A stretch of DNA of 63,738 bases, counting the filler, from Welwitschia mirabilis (lineage: Eukaryota): NCBI GenBank assembly GCA_051453625.1. It is 5 parts of one record of this genome, joined end to end, with 100 filler letters (N's around TTAATTAATTAA, not from the genome) between each part and the next. Parts side by side here need not be neighbours in the genome. Positions count along the whole stretch, not along the records: positions 44,974 to 61,660 come from JBOZIK010000001.1; 4 more parts are not named here. One strand, 5' to 3'. The notes under the pieces were generated by a model. That model saw only the letters and a list, made by a program, of their open reading frames with translations, had not been told where the DNA came from and did not search any database. Position numbers and translations under genes: made by a program. Shown one piece after another: positions 49,572 through 61,760 of this stretch (positions are counted from its first letter, which is position 1; each line of letters starts with the position of its first letter).

Positions 49572-51850
49572 CAGAGGACCTTTTCCCTCCCAGTTACCCT
49601 ATACCCCGAGGGAGATCATCTTTGGTACCTTATTTCCAGCGGCCCTCTTAACAATGTAGAAATAATAAGTTTCAATGATGAATGAAGAAACTGGTTTCAA
49701 CACTTTGTTACCTGCAGANNNNNNNNNNNNNNNNNNNNNNNNNNNNNNNNNNNNNNNNNNNNNNNNNNNNNNNNNNNNNNNNNNNNNNNNNNNNNNNNNN
49801 NNNNNNNNNNNNNNNNNNACATTTAGAAGTGGTATTACCATACCCATTATATTCATAGCATTGAATGGAGCTAGAAGAGTTCTTACTTTTGTCTATACCT
49901 CCTTTGAAGGATTGCCTTGAAGATCTTCCTCTTTTTTTTCTGAGGAATTTTTTGAGGTTCTTTGCTAAAAGAGCAAGGTCATCATCTTCCAAGTCCTCAT
50001 TGGATTGGTTGTCTTCTTCATCATCAAAACAAACTTTCAAAGCAATATTTCTTCTTTTTGGAGGTTCTTATTCAGTTTGTAAGGAAGCTTCGTATGCCAT
50101 GAGTGATCCTTTGAGTTCTTCCACTTTGATTCTATCAATATCTTTGCTTCCCTCAATGGTTGTGATTTTTGTTCTGAATGTCTTCGTAAAGCTCCTGAGA
50201 ATTTTTCTAGCTACCCTATTTTAGGACACAAGCTCTCCTAACCCTCAGATACTGTTCACCATATCATTTATTTTGGAGGTGTAATCTACTACTATTTCTA
50301 AGTCTTCCATTCGAATGTTTTTGAACTGAGTGGCAAGCATTTGCTACTTGGCGTTTTTAACCACACTGGTTCCTTCGTGGGCGACCCTTAAGGCCTCCTA
50401 GATCTCTTGTGTTATTGTGCATTGGACTACTCTTTTGTGTTCTTCAAGACACAAGGCGCATATCAATACATTCATGGCTTTAGTATTCATTTGGGCAACC
50501 CTTTCTTCATCTGGATCCCACTTGCTTCAGGGCTTTAGGATGGATTTACCATTAACTACCTTTGTCGAGGGGTATATTCGAATTCAACAATTTCCCAGAT
50601 GTCACAGTCTAAGGATTGGAGGACGATAGCTATCTTTGTTTTTCAAAAACATAATTTAAACCTAAGTAACAGAGGTGGTCTAAAAATGGATTATCCTTCT
50701 GTATAGCTTAATGATGCCATATTTGAAAGACCTTGAAAAGGCAGAAAAAACCCTAATCTAGAGCAACCCGACTCTGATACCAATTGTTAGGATCAAAAAC
50801 ACCCTAGAAGAGGAGGAGGAGAAAGGGGTCGGGGGGTGGATTCAGAGATTGAACTGAAAAATAAAGCAAAAAGACATGTGTACCAGTACTTTTACAGTGG
50901 TTCAACTCTCCAGCCTACTCCACTCTCAGGGGGCAGCACAATGCCTTTAGCATACTGGCTCCCTTATATCAAAACTTTCTTCCAACATAATCAACCCTTC
51001 ATTCCAAGGTTCAAGAATTACAATCCTTGCTCTGTCGGAGTAGCACAATAGAAGAAGAATAGCCTGATGTCATTTGAGCCTATCAAGCACAGATCATCAG
51101 CATTGGGTACAATTAGAATGATTGGAGTTTTCCTATTTCAAAACACTATTGTAGCAAGAAGAAAAGGCTCCTTTGGATATAGACATTGTAATTTTTCCAA
51201 GGTCAGGAAAAACATCCCTCTCTTTTTCTTCTTTAATTCATTTATATGATTGGTGCAACAAGAAGTTAAGAGGATCTTACAAAAGGTGGTCTCTTGAGTT
51301 GTGTGCTTCCAAAGATGCCCTTTTAGCCGTTTGTGTCTTTGATTCAGTGCCTAACATTCACCAAAGTGTGCATTCTGCAATAACGTTCATCTTTCTGGAC
51401 GTCGCCTCAAGAAAGTCCAGACATTCCTTTTTTAAGTACTTTTACAGAGAGACTGAGGTAAGGTCGGGGCGTCCCCATTTTAAAGTTCGGACATCCCAAT
51501 ATATATAGCTAAAAACAGGTCCAGACGTCCCAGTTTGATAATCAGACGTCCCAGCATTTTTCAACCAAGAATGAAGCCAAACATCCCTGTTTTTCTATTC
51601 GAACATCCCAGTGTTGTTTGACAGCTTACAAGGCCGAACGTCCTACTTTTGCCATCCAGATATCCCAGTACAAGAATCCAAGTAGATAGGCAGATGTCCC
51701 AATATGATCAGGTTGGATCACCCAAATAGATTGGATTGCATTATTTCTTGATTTTCATTGATTTCACATATCTAATGATCTCCTAGATTCATAGAAGATG
51801 TTTGGATACTTGCACTAAGGCATTGGTCATCACTGAAATATAACTTACCA
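49572..51850 (-). mobile_element. Sirevirus-like copia, 5' part: 5' LTR 50785-51850, PBS, gag
   Basis: Minus strand ...CCTAACA-AT-TGGTATCAGAGT (tRNA-iMet PBS, 50771-50782). Gag motifs RPPLL, NTKAMNVL, HEGTSVVK, KILRS and zinc knuckle IQCYEYNGYGNTTSKC. The LTR carries GGACGTCC motifs. Confidence 0.88.
49820..50722 (-). pseudogene. gag: Copia gag (UBN2-like + CCHC knuckle), decayed
   Basis: ORF 49708-50040 (DDDLALLAKNLKKFL...IQCYE) plus upstream disrupted frames. Confidence 0.85.
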
Positions 51851-53330
51851 AGAAATAGCAAGGACAAAATCATTTTCAAAGATATAAAAATTCAATGTAG
51901 CAAAACTTATTTCAGCAATTTTCAGGTTGTGACTCGAGGCAAAGTAGCAAATGAAAATGAAGAAGCTCTTGCCTAAGCAATACTGTGTCTTGCAACCAGC
52001 AGATTCAAATCAGTAGTAGTGAGTACGAAGTAGAAACTTAAATAAAACATATCCATTTTGGTTTTTTTAAGATTCTGGTTTTTTTCTAATCGTAATAGGA
52101 TATGAAATTAGTTTTATTTTACCACCATAGTTGTGAAATGCATATCCGAATTGCGATCTGGGGTGATTTGCATCTCAATTCACAAAAAGCACTCCAAATG
52201 GGTTCTAGTTAGCAATTCCCTTTGGATCTTGATATGAAGGCTCTAGATAGCAGTTTGGGATGAGTCACTTCGCAATGATCCTTCTGGAGAGATCTGCAAA
52301 GATTCAAAGATACCTATAGAGATCTAGAAAGATCTGTAAAGATCCAAAGAGGTTTGCTATTTTTTGAGGCAAACATCCCCTTTTTAAGTACTTTTACAGA
52401 GAGACTGAGGTACGGTCCAGACGTCCCCATTTTAAGGTTCAGATGTCCCAGTATATATAGCTAAGAATAGGTCCAGACGTCTCGGTTTGATAATAAAACG
52501 TCCCAGTATTTTTGAGCCAAAAATGGAGCCGAACGTTCCTCTTTTTCCTTTCGGGCGTCCTAGTATTGTTTGATAGCTTATAAGGTCGGACGTCCTACTT
52601 TTGCCATCCGGACATCCCAGTACAAGAATCCAAGTAGATATGCAGACGTCCCGATATGATTAGGTGGTATGACCCAAATAGATTGGATAGCATCAGTTCT
52701 TGATTTTCATTGATTTCACATACCTAATGATCTCCTGGGACTTGCAGAGGATGTTTTGTTACCTTACCCTAAGGCATTGGTCATCATTGAAATATAACTT
52801 AACAAGAAATTGCCAAGACAAAATCATTTTCAAAGATATAAAAATTCAATGTAGCAAAACTTATTTTAGCAGTTTTCAAGTTGTGACTCAAGGCAAAGTA
52901 GCAAATGAAGATGAAGAAGCTCTCGCATGAGCAATACTATGCCCCACAACCAGCAGATTCAAAGCAATCATAGTGAGTAGAAAGTAGAAACTTAAATAAA
53001 ACATATCCATTTTGGTTTTTTTAAGGTTTTAGTTTTTTTTTTGTTTTTTTAAATCATAATAGGATATGCGATTAGTTTGATTTAAGATACCACCATAGTT
53101 GTGAAATGCAAATTGCGATCCGAGGCGATTTGCATCTCAATTCACAAAAAGCACTCCAAATTGGTTATAGTTAGCGATTCCCTCTGGATCTCGATCCGGA
53201 GGATGTAGATAGCAATTTGGGATGAGTCACTCCGCAGCGATCCTTCTAGATAGATCTGCAAAGATCCAAAGAGATCTAGAGAGATCTAGAGAGATCTATA
53301 AAGATCCAAGTTCGCTGTTTTTTGGGGTTA
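51421..53330. repeat. Direct tandem duplication, 2 x ~954 bp (outer LTR half + flanking DNA)
   Basis: TTTTTAAGTACTTTTACAGAGAGACTGAGG at ~51429 and ~52381. LTR terminus at 51850 and 52804, followed by the same flank AGAAAT.GC.A.GACAAAATCATTTTC. Confidence 0.92.
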
Positions 53331-54567
53331 AAACCCAACATTCATGGAATACATTAATCATTTGGATTTCTCAAGTGGGTGTAAACTAAAACATAAGTAC
53401 AAAGACATTTTAAAAACTCTAATATTTTATTTCAATTAAAAGATTAGATTGTTTGCATTAAGTTTTAAATTCATCCCTAAGGTTTTTCAATGTTTGTGAT
53501 CCACAATGATCCACAAAATGCTCCAGAGTGGTCCAGTGATCCAGAATCTCCAAACCTAAAAAACAATCTGTGATTAGATCTGAATTTTACAACTATGGGT
53601 AGCACAACTCTCTAAGGCAAGGGGAGTTACTCATGAATCAATGACACTGAAGCTTGGTAAGTCCCTCTCTTCAAAACAAGTGTTCTTTCAACTTTAAAAA
53701 ATGGGTTCCACGTTTTATTGAAGGGTAAATACATGATTTTAAACAAGATTTTAACACCTCATTTCACATTTTCATCACTCCATTGGCTTTTTGCTTGTGT
53801 AATTTTTTTTTTGTTGCATATGTGAAACAAATATCTATGTTTTGTCTTTTCTTGCTAAGATGAGAATACGTTCATTGAATTATCTATTATTTCATAAAGA
53901 AAGGTTCAAGTTACACTTTGTTTTCTGTATTGTTCATTTGTACTAGTATCTAATAGTCATTTGAATTCATTTTCCTATTCTTGGAATGTGTTATAGTGAA
54001 TCTATAGAATTAAATACTAACCTCATGCATAGCGCATTACTTTTATGTTGTTATTATGTCTTTCTTTGTTTGACTCTTCTTGACTCTTTGCATAAACGAG
54101 GCAAAATCAAGCACGTTAACGAGTCAATGAGTCACTTATGAGCTGCCAATCAAATTTTAACTTTATGAGTAACTCATGAGTCATGAGTCATGAGTCATTC
54201 TGCCATGGCTAAACTTCAATTTTTTTTCCCGTTTTTGTTTCAATGTTTCTTGTTATTTTATAAGAACTTCAATTTATTTTCGTTTCATTTCAATACCTCT
54301 CTAATTTATCAACACTTTGCTTTTTTGATGTTACATTATAGAGTATGGACTTTACGTCCTTTTCTTTTTCTTTGTTTTCTTTGTTCCGCTTGTTTTTCTC
54401 TTTTTGTTAATTGTTATAGGTTGTTTGCCCCTCTTTTTTTAAGTAAGAAAAAATAAGCATTAAGCAAAGCTATCTATGTTTTTTTCACGTTCGATGTTTC
54501 AGTGTCTCCTTTTGGATTGTTTTTCCCCCACTTTTGTGAATCCCGCCACTGTTTACAATGATAAAAT

Positions 54568-55006
54568 GAATTATAGAAACATTTTACATCGGCTTAGGCA
54601 ACTCCAATTTTAACAAAAATCAGTGTTGTTTGCATTTTTTGTGATAAGCATTACCATGGTGGCATCTCTTGTTCGAAGTTCCATTTAGCTAAAATAAAAG
54701 GTAAAAGTGTTTCTTCATGGCCTAAGGTTTCTACTGAAGTAGGACAAAAATGGCTTACATGGCATTAAGAATTGGAAGTAGAAAAGGAATTAAAAAAAAC
54801 TACACTAAAAAATCATTTGGAAGTTGCGTATAAGCAACATGGTGCAATATTCGAGCATGGGTTGAGGGTTCTTCCACTATTTCAAGCATGGAGTTTGTCT
54901 CATCAGGTGTATGAATGTCTTCTCCATATGTTTCTTTTCTGTAAGGCTTGAGTTTGGAGAGGGGAAATAAACTATCTAATGATGGTTTATTTAATACTCT
55001 AGTAGG
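54568..55006 (+). pseudogene. hAT-type transposase N-terminus (BED zinc finger), truncated by an LTR insertion
   Basis: Manual translation EL(W)KHFTSA*ATPILTKISVVCIFCDKHYHGGISCSKFHLAKIKGKSVSSWPKVSTEV fits the plant hAT BED pattern WxHF...CxFC...GGIxRxKxHL...CxKV. Not in the ORF track. Confidence 0.75.
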
Positions 55007-56084
55007 TGTAGAGACTTTAGATTTCAATGATGATCAAGAACGAAGTTACAGCATGCTTCACAAAGCGTGCAAATTAGAAGTTGTGCCTTTAGGGACGTCC
55101 GAGCTTTTATCCAGGACGTCCGCCCCTATACACAGCCCAACATATGGGGACGTCCGGCCTGCTACTCGGGACGTCTGAATCTAAACACGGTCACAATGTA
55201 TGGGGACGTCCGACTTATTACCTGGGATGTCTGGCTTTGAACACAGACAAGATATACTGGGACGTCTGACTCCGCTACTTGGGACGTTCGGCCTTGAACG
55301 CGGATGAAGTATATGGGGACATCCGATCTTGAAACTAGGACATCCAGATATTGCCCAATGGAACCCAGAAATCAAGCTTTACAACAGGACATTTGGTCTG
55401 AAAAATTGGGACGTCCGACCCGAAGAAATATGAATGTTACAGCCATCAAAACGACACAGTTTTCAACTACAAACGTCTTGGGCAGCGGTTAAAACGTCTT
55501 GGGATGCAGTTCAAACATCTATGATAGCAGTCTAACGGTTAGGGATCCAACTTCAAGGATCCAACAGCTATTTTTACCAAGTCTATATAAACCATTCAAG
55601 ACCACTTGGAATGGTTACTGCTCCTAAATTGTTGAAAAATCATCTTTGTAATTCTTCTTCTTGTGCTTCACTACGTGATCTATTAAAGAAGAAGCTCTTT
55701 GTGCCCTAATTGCTGATGTATTGTGCTTAAAGCACCCTTACCATCAGAATCTTCTACTCTTGTATTCCTTTGAGGCTTGTTGAAGCAAGCTTGTGATTCC
55801 CAAGAGAAGGGAATTGATTGTAACCCTGAGGAAGGGAGTTGCCCGAAGAGATTGGGTGTTTTGTTAAGGGAACCAGGAGGCTGAAAGCACGTTGTTGCCC
55901 CCTGTGAGTGCAGTAGGCAAGGATCGTCGAACCACTATAAATTTAGTGCATAGATCAATGTTTGTTTTTTTGATTATTTTTGTGCATCATTTTAGTTGTG
56001 AAGTTTTTGTTATATTTATCATTTGCAATAAGTTTCACGATTAACCTATTCCCCCCTTCCCAGGGTGCTTCTACGATCCTAACA
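55007..56084 (+). repeat. 5' LTR with GGACGTCC palindrome array
   Basis: TGTAGAGAC...CCTAACA, aligning with 60901-61660. Confidence 0.93.
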
Positions 56085-56086
56085 AT

Positions 56087-56099
56087 TGGTATCAGAGCC
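56087..56099 (+). promoter_or_regulatory. Primer binding site, tRNA-iMet
   Basis: TGGTATCAGAGCC 2 nt after the LTR CA. Confidence 0.95.
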
Positions 56100-56157
56100 T
56101 GGTTGCTCTAGATTAGCATCCTTTGTTTATTTTTTCAAGGAAAGAAAAAAAACTTCA

Positions 56158-59090
56158 TGGCATCCTCGAGTCATCCAAAAGGTCACGGAGTTTCAAGGCC
56201 ACCATTCTTTGATGGCAACAATTATGCCCACTGGAAATCTAAAATGAACATCTTTCTGACATCTCTTCATCCAGATATTTGGGACTTGATAGATTACGGT
56301 TATCAACCTCCTTCAAAGACAATAACTGGAGTGACCTCCTTGAAAGCAAGAGATGAATGGGATGAAGATGATAAACGGACAGTTCAGAACAATGCAAAAG
56401 CAATGAATGCGATAATATGTNNNNNNNNNNNNNNNNNNNNNNNNNNNNNNNNNNNNNNNNNNNNNNNNNNNNNNNNNNNNNNNNNNNNNNNNNNNNNNNN
56501 NNNNNNNNNNNNNNNNNNNNTGGGACACATCAACATTAAGGATTTGTCAAGAATTGTCTCAAAAGAGATTGTGAGAGGAGTTCTTAAACTTAGTCTTGAT
56601 CAAGCAAAAGTGTGCAAGTTGTGTGTTAAAGGAAAAATCACTAAGACTCGTTTCAAGAATAAGACTGTTACAATCTCTTCAAGACCTTTGGATCTGATCC
56701 ACATGGATCTAGTCGGTCCAGTTCAGACAAGAAGATTGGAGGAAGAAGATATTTTTTGGTTATGGTTGATGATTTCTCACGTTTTTGTTGGGTTTTCTTT
56801 CTGAGTAGTAAAGATGAAGCCTTCAACGCCTTTGCAAAAATCTGTAGAAAAGTTCAAAATGAGAAAGGATACACGATTAAGTCTATAAGATCAGATAGAG
56901 GTAGAGAATTTGTTAATGAAAAGTTTGAAAGTTTTTGTGATCATCATGGCATATCGCATCAACTCTCAGCCCGAGAACCCCTCAACAAAATGGGGTAGCT
57001 GAAAAAAAGAACTGAGTGCTAATTGAAATGTCTAGAACTATGCTAAATGAGAAAATTCTTCCACAACATTTTTGGGTAGAAGTTGTTAACATGGCCTATT
57101 ATATTAGCAACAGAGTTTTCTTAAGTCCGAACACAGACAAAACTCCCTATGAATTGTAGAATGGGAAAAAGCTCATTATTAGTTATTTTAAAGTGTTTGG
57201 GGGTAGATGCCTTATCCTTAGAGATAAGGGAGAAAATGGAAAGTTTGAATCCAAAGCAGATGAAGGGACTTTCCTCGGGTATTCCATGACAAGCAGAGCT
57301 TATAGACAATTCAACAAAAATTCAGGGAAAGTTGAAGAATTTGTGCATGTCAAAATAGAAGATGTCAGTGTTAAACCAACGATAGATAACAGTGAAGAGA
57401 CCATAATAGTTAAACCTTCATCTTTTCTCTCCAAGAAGACTGATAACTCTACCTCAAAAGAAATGGAGGAAAGACAAAAGCACACATCCCTTCCCTTAAG
57501 GACCAAAAGAGATCATCCTCAAGAGAACGTAATGAGCAATCTCGATCAGGGAACGACAACTAAAAGTGGAAAAACCATTAACAACAGTTTCATGTGCTTT
57601 GTTTCAACTTTGGAACCCAAGAACTTTCAAGAGGCTGAACAAGATGAATCATGGATGATGGCTATCTAACAAGAATTAAACCAATTTGAGAGGAATTAAG
57701 TGTGGAATCTTGTGCCTCATCCAAAAGGAAAACGCATAATTGGAACTAAATGGGTTTTCAAAAATAAGAAAGACGAATATCATAATGTCATCCAAAATAA
57801 AGCTAGGTTAGTAGCACAAGGTTACAGTCAGCAAGAAGGAATAGATTATGNNNNNNNNNNNNNNNNNNNNNNNNNNNNNNNNNNNNNNNNNNNNNNNNNN
57901 NNNNNNNNNNNNNNNNNNNNNNNNNNNNNNNNNNNNNNNNNNNNNNNNNNNNNNNNNNNNNNNNNNNNNNNNNNNNNNNNNNNNNNNNNNNNNNNNNNNN
58001 NNNNNNNNNNNNNNNNNNNNNNNNNNNNNNNNNNNNNNNNNNNNNNNNNNNNNNNNNNNNNNNNNNNNNNNNNNNNNNNNNNNNNNNNNNNNNNNNNNNN
58101 NNNNNNNNNNNNNNNNNNNNNNNNNNNNNNNNNNNNNNNNNNNNNNNNNNNNNNNNNNNNNNNNNNNNNNNNNNNNNNNNNNNNNNNNNNNNNNNNNNNN
58201 NNNNNNNNNNNNNNNNNNNNNNNNNNNNNNNNNNNNNNNNNNNNNNNNNNNNNNNNNNNNNNNNNNNNNNNNNNNNNNNNNNNNNNNNNNNNNNNNNNNN
58301 NNNNNNNNNNNNNNNNNNNNNNNNNNNNNNNNNNNNNNNNNNNNNNNNNNNNNNNNNNNNNNNNNNNNNNNNNNNNNNNNNNNNNNNNNNNNNNNGATAC
58401 TGGGAAGAAGGTTGATCAGAAGATTTATAGAGGAATCATTGGTAGTCTTCTGTATGTTACAGCTAGCAGACCTAATATAGCTCATACTGTTGGAATTTGT
58501 TCTCGATATCAGGCTGATCCTAAAGAATCACACTTATCTTGTGCTAAACGAATTTTGAAATATTTGAAATATACTCAAAACGATGGTCTTTGGTGTTCTT
58601 TTGACACCTTTATGGAAATAGCTGGTTATAGTGATGCCAATAAGGTTGGATGTGTAGATGATCGAAAGAGTACAAGAGAAGCATGTTTTTACATGGAAAA
58701 TTGCTTGGTCTCTTGGTTTAGTAGGAAACAGAACTCCACTTCTCTCTCAACCGCTGAAGCGGAATCTATTGCTGCTGTAGCTTGTTATGCGCAACTAGTT
58801 TGGATGAAACATATGCTATCTGACTTTGAGATAAACTTAGAGTCAATTAAACTATTTTGTGACAACACCAATGAAATCAACATTACGAAGAATCCAATGC
58901 AGCACTCAAGAACTAAACATATCGATATAAGACATCATTTCATTAGAGAGCAGGTGCAGAATAAGGTTATTGATATAGAGTATGTGTCAACTCATAAGCA
59001 ATTAGCTGGTATCATGACTTAGAGTTTATCAAAAGATCGCTTTTGTTTCTTGAGAAGAAATCTTAGTGTAGGGCCCTGCCCTTCATTTAA
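56158..59090 (+). pseudogene. gag-pol: Copia gag-pol (gag, GAG-pre-integrase, integrase, RT, RNase H), gapped and disrupted
   Basis: RPPFFDGNNYAHWK, GHIN..CKLCVKGK, LIHMDLVGP, VDDFSRFCW, IRSDRGREF, FLGYS, IGTKWVFKNK, KARLVAQGYSQQEGIDY, DDRKST, SLSTAEAE and HSRTKHIDIRHHFIRE. Confidence 0.95.
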
Positions 59091-59812
59091 ATAAATCTTG
59101 CCTTCTTCTAAAAAATGTGCTAAATTGAGAAAATCAGTCATTTGAGTGACAATGTTTTTGTTTCTGTCTTTCTAGGATGTGCTAAACCTTAGTTATTTTA
59201 AACCCCGGACCTCCCAGATTAATATACAGACGTTCTGAGCTAGGAAGTAACCTGGACGTCCCATAATTTTTCCCAGACATCCGATTGTTCACAGTTGTGA
59301 AAATTTTCACTAGTTACAACCCGGACGTCCNNNNNNNNNNNNNNNNNNNNNNNNNNNNNNNNNNNNNNNNNNNNNNNNNNNNNNNNNNNNNNNNNNNNNN
59401 NNNNNNNNNNNNNNNNNNNNNNNNNNNNNNNNNNNNNNNNNNNNNNNNNNNNNNNNNNNNNNNNNNNNNNNNNNNNNNNNNNNNNNNNNNNNNNNNNNNN
59501 NNNNNNNNNNNNNNNNNNNNNNNNNNNNNNNNNNNNNNNNNNNNNNNNNNNNNNNNNNNNNNNNNNNNNNNNNNNNNNNNNNNNNNNNNNNNNNNNNNNN
59601 NNNNNNNNNNNNNNNNNNNNNNNNNNNNNNNNNNNNNNNNNNNNNNNNNNNNNNNNNNNNNNNNNNNNNNNNNNNNNNNNNNNNNNNNNNNNNNNNNNNN
59701 NNNNNNNNNNNNNNNNNNNNNNNNNNNNNNNNNNNNNNNNNNNNNNNNNNNNNNNNNNNNNNNNNNNNNNNNNNNNNNNNNNNNNNNNNNNNNNNNNNNN
59801 NNNNNNNNNNNN

Positions 59813-60588
59813 AAACTGATTCACCAAGTTTTATAGAGTTCTTTTTTAGATTTCTACACACAACCTCGTACCTAAATTGGATCACAAGGACGAGGTATCA
59901 CCAGTTTGTGCATAGGAACCAGTGTACGTATAAATTTGTGTAAATTCATCATGTTCTGTATGAGTCAGTTCATGCTTGCTGGGTATATTAGCCTACCTTT
60001 TCAAGGACTCATTACAGCTATACTGGAAAATCATGATTTTTCTATTCGCAAAGATGAAGAGCTTCTCAAAATTCCCACACCTTTGGGATTATATTCACTA
60101 AAGAAAATGAACACTTTAACAAAAGAAATTGGTCCTTCACAGCCTCTAAAGAAGAAACCTACATCAGAAGAAGGAACCAGTGCAGGCACAATTAGCAATG
60201 AGGATTTAATGAGAGAACTTTTGTCCATCAAAGAGATAGTTCTTCAAGCCCAAAAGACAGCAGATAAAGTGTGTAGAAGAGTTGACACAATAGTATTTAG
60301 TTTATGTGCCTATGGTTTNNNNNNNNNNNNNNNNNNNNNNNNNNNNNNNNNNNNNNNNNNNNNNNNNNNNNNNNNNNNNNNNNNNNNNNNNNNNNNNNNN
60401 NNNNNNNNNNNNNNNNNNTGTCCATTAAAGAGATAGCTCTTCAGGCCCAAAAGACAGCAGATAAAGTGTGCAGAAGAGTTGACAGAATAGTATTCGGTTT
60501 ATCTGCCTATGGTTTGGAGACCCCCCCTAGATCTGAAGAAGAAGAGGCAGCTCCTGCTACTTCAGAGCATGATGACTCATCTTCTTAG
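59813..60588 (+). pseudogene. C-terminal part of Sirevirus env-like ORF
   Basis: LPFQGLITAILE...YSLKKM...coiled-coil-like tail, located between pol and the PPT. The N-terminus lies in a gap. Confidence 0.7.
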
Positions 60589-60900
60589 TCTTCCACTCTC
60601 TTCCTCTCATTTTCTGTTTGTATTTCACTTTATTTATGGTGTCCTTGTTGTTTTCCTATTGTTTTTCAATAATGACAAAGGGGGTGAATAATATCAGATT
60701 TTTATATCAAACGCTTTACATTTGCAAAAATTCAAGTTATAGAACTCTAATGCACTAAATTGTCTGCGAGGACACGTGTGCTTGTTTGTTTCTCTCTACA
60801 GATAACAGGTTAACTCAGGAGCATGATTTGAGGGGAGCATTCAATTGATCATCTTACCCAAATCTGGTTAAATGGTTGTCATCATTGAAAAAGGGGAGAT

Positions 60901-61660
60901 TGTAAAGACTTTAGATTTCAATGATGATCAAGAACGAGGTTACAGCGTGCTTCACAAAGCGTGCAAATCAGAAGCTGTACCTCTAGGGACGTCCAAGCTT
61001 TTATCCGGGACGTCCACCCCTGTACACGGCCCAACATTGGGGGATATCCGAACCTGTTACTTGGGACATCCGATGCTGAATGCAAACGAAACATTTGGGG
61101 ACGTCCGGCCTGCTACTCGGGACGTCTGAATCTAAATATGGTCACAATGTATGGGGACGTTCGACCTGTTACCTGGGATGTTCGGCTTTGAATACGGACA
61201 AAATATACTGGGACATCCGCCTCTGCTACTTAGAACGTCCGGCCTTGAACATGGATGAAGTATATGGGCACGTCCGATCTTGAAACTGGGATGTCCAAAT
61301 ATTGCCTGGTGGAACCCAGAAATCAAGCTTTACAACCGAGGACGTCCGGGCCAAAAAGTTGGGACGTCCGACCCGAAGAAATATGAACATTATAGCCGTC
61401 AGAACAATGTGGTTGTCAACTACAAACGTCTTGGGCAGTGGTTAAAACATCTTGGGATGCGGTTCAAACGTCTATGATAGCAGTCTAAGGGTTAGGGATC
61501 CAACTTCAACGATCCAACAACTATTTTTCTTACCAAGTCTATATAAACCATTCAAGACCACTTGGAATGGTTACTGCTCCTAAATTGTTGAAAAGCCATC
61601 TTTGTAATTCTTCTTATTATGCTTCACTATGTGATCTATTGAAGAAGGAGCTCTTTGTGC
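60901..61660 (+). repeat. 3' LTR (truncated at gap)
   Basis: Follows AAAAAGGGGAGAT and aligns with 55007-55704, with one extra repeat unit. Confidence 0.93.
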
Positions 61661-61760
61661 NNNNNNNNNNNNNNNNNNNNNNNNNNNNNNNNNNNNNNNN
61701 NNNNTTAATTAATTAANNNNNNNNNNNNNNNNNNNNNNNNNNNNNNNNNNNNNNNNNNNN

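Larger units (their letters stand above)
55007..61660 (+). mobile_element. Sirevirus copia with both LTRs (3' LTR cut by spacer gap), several internal gaps
   Basis: 5' LTR 55007-56084, PBS TGGTATCAGAGCC 56087-56099, gag, INT, RT-RH, env-like ORF, PPT-like tracts at ~60677, ~60830 and 60888-60899, and 3' LTR from 60901. Confidence 0.93.

Noticed and set aside
54948..55492. Similar small ORFs at 54.9-55.5 kb and 60.9-61.5 kb (GDVRPATRDV)
   Set aside because: Translations of the GC-rich palindrome array in the two LTR copies, not genes.
56157..56804. Apparent compact gag-integrase fusion ORF
   Set aside because: The 100-N gap hides most of gag and the protease; the fusion is an artefact of gap sizing.
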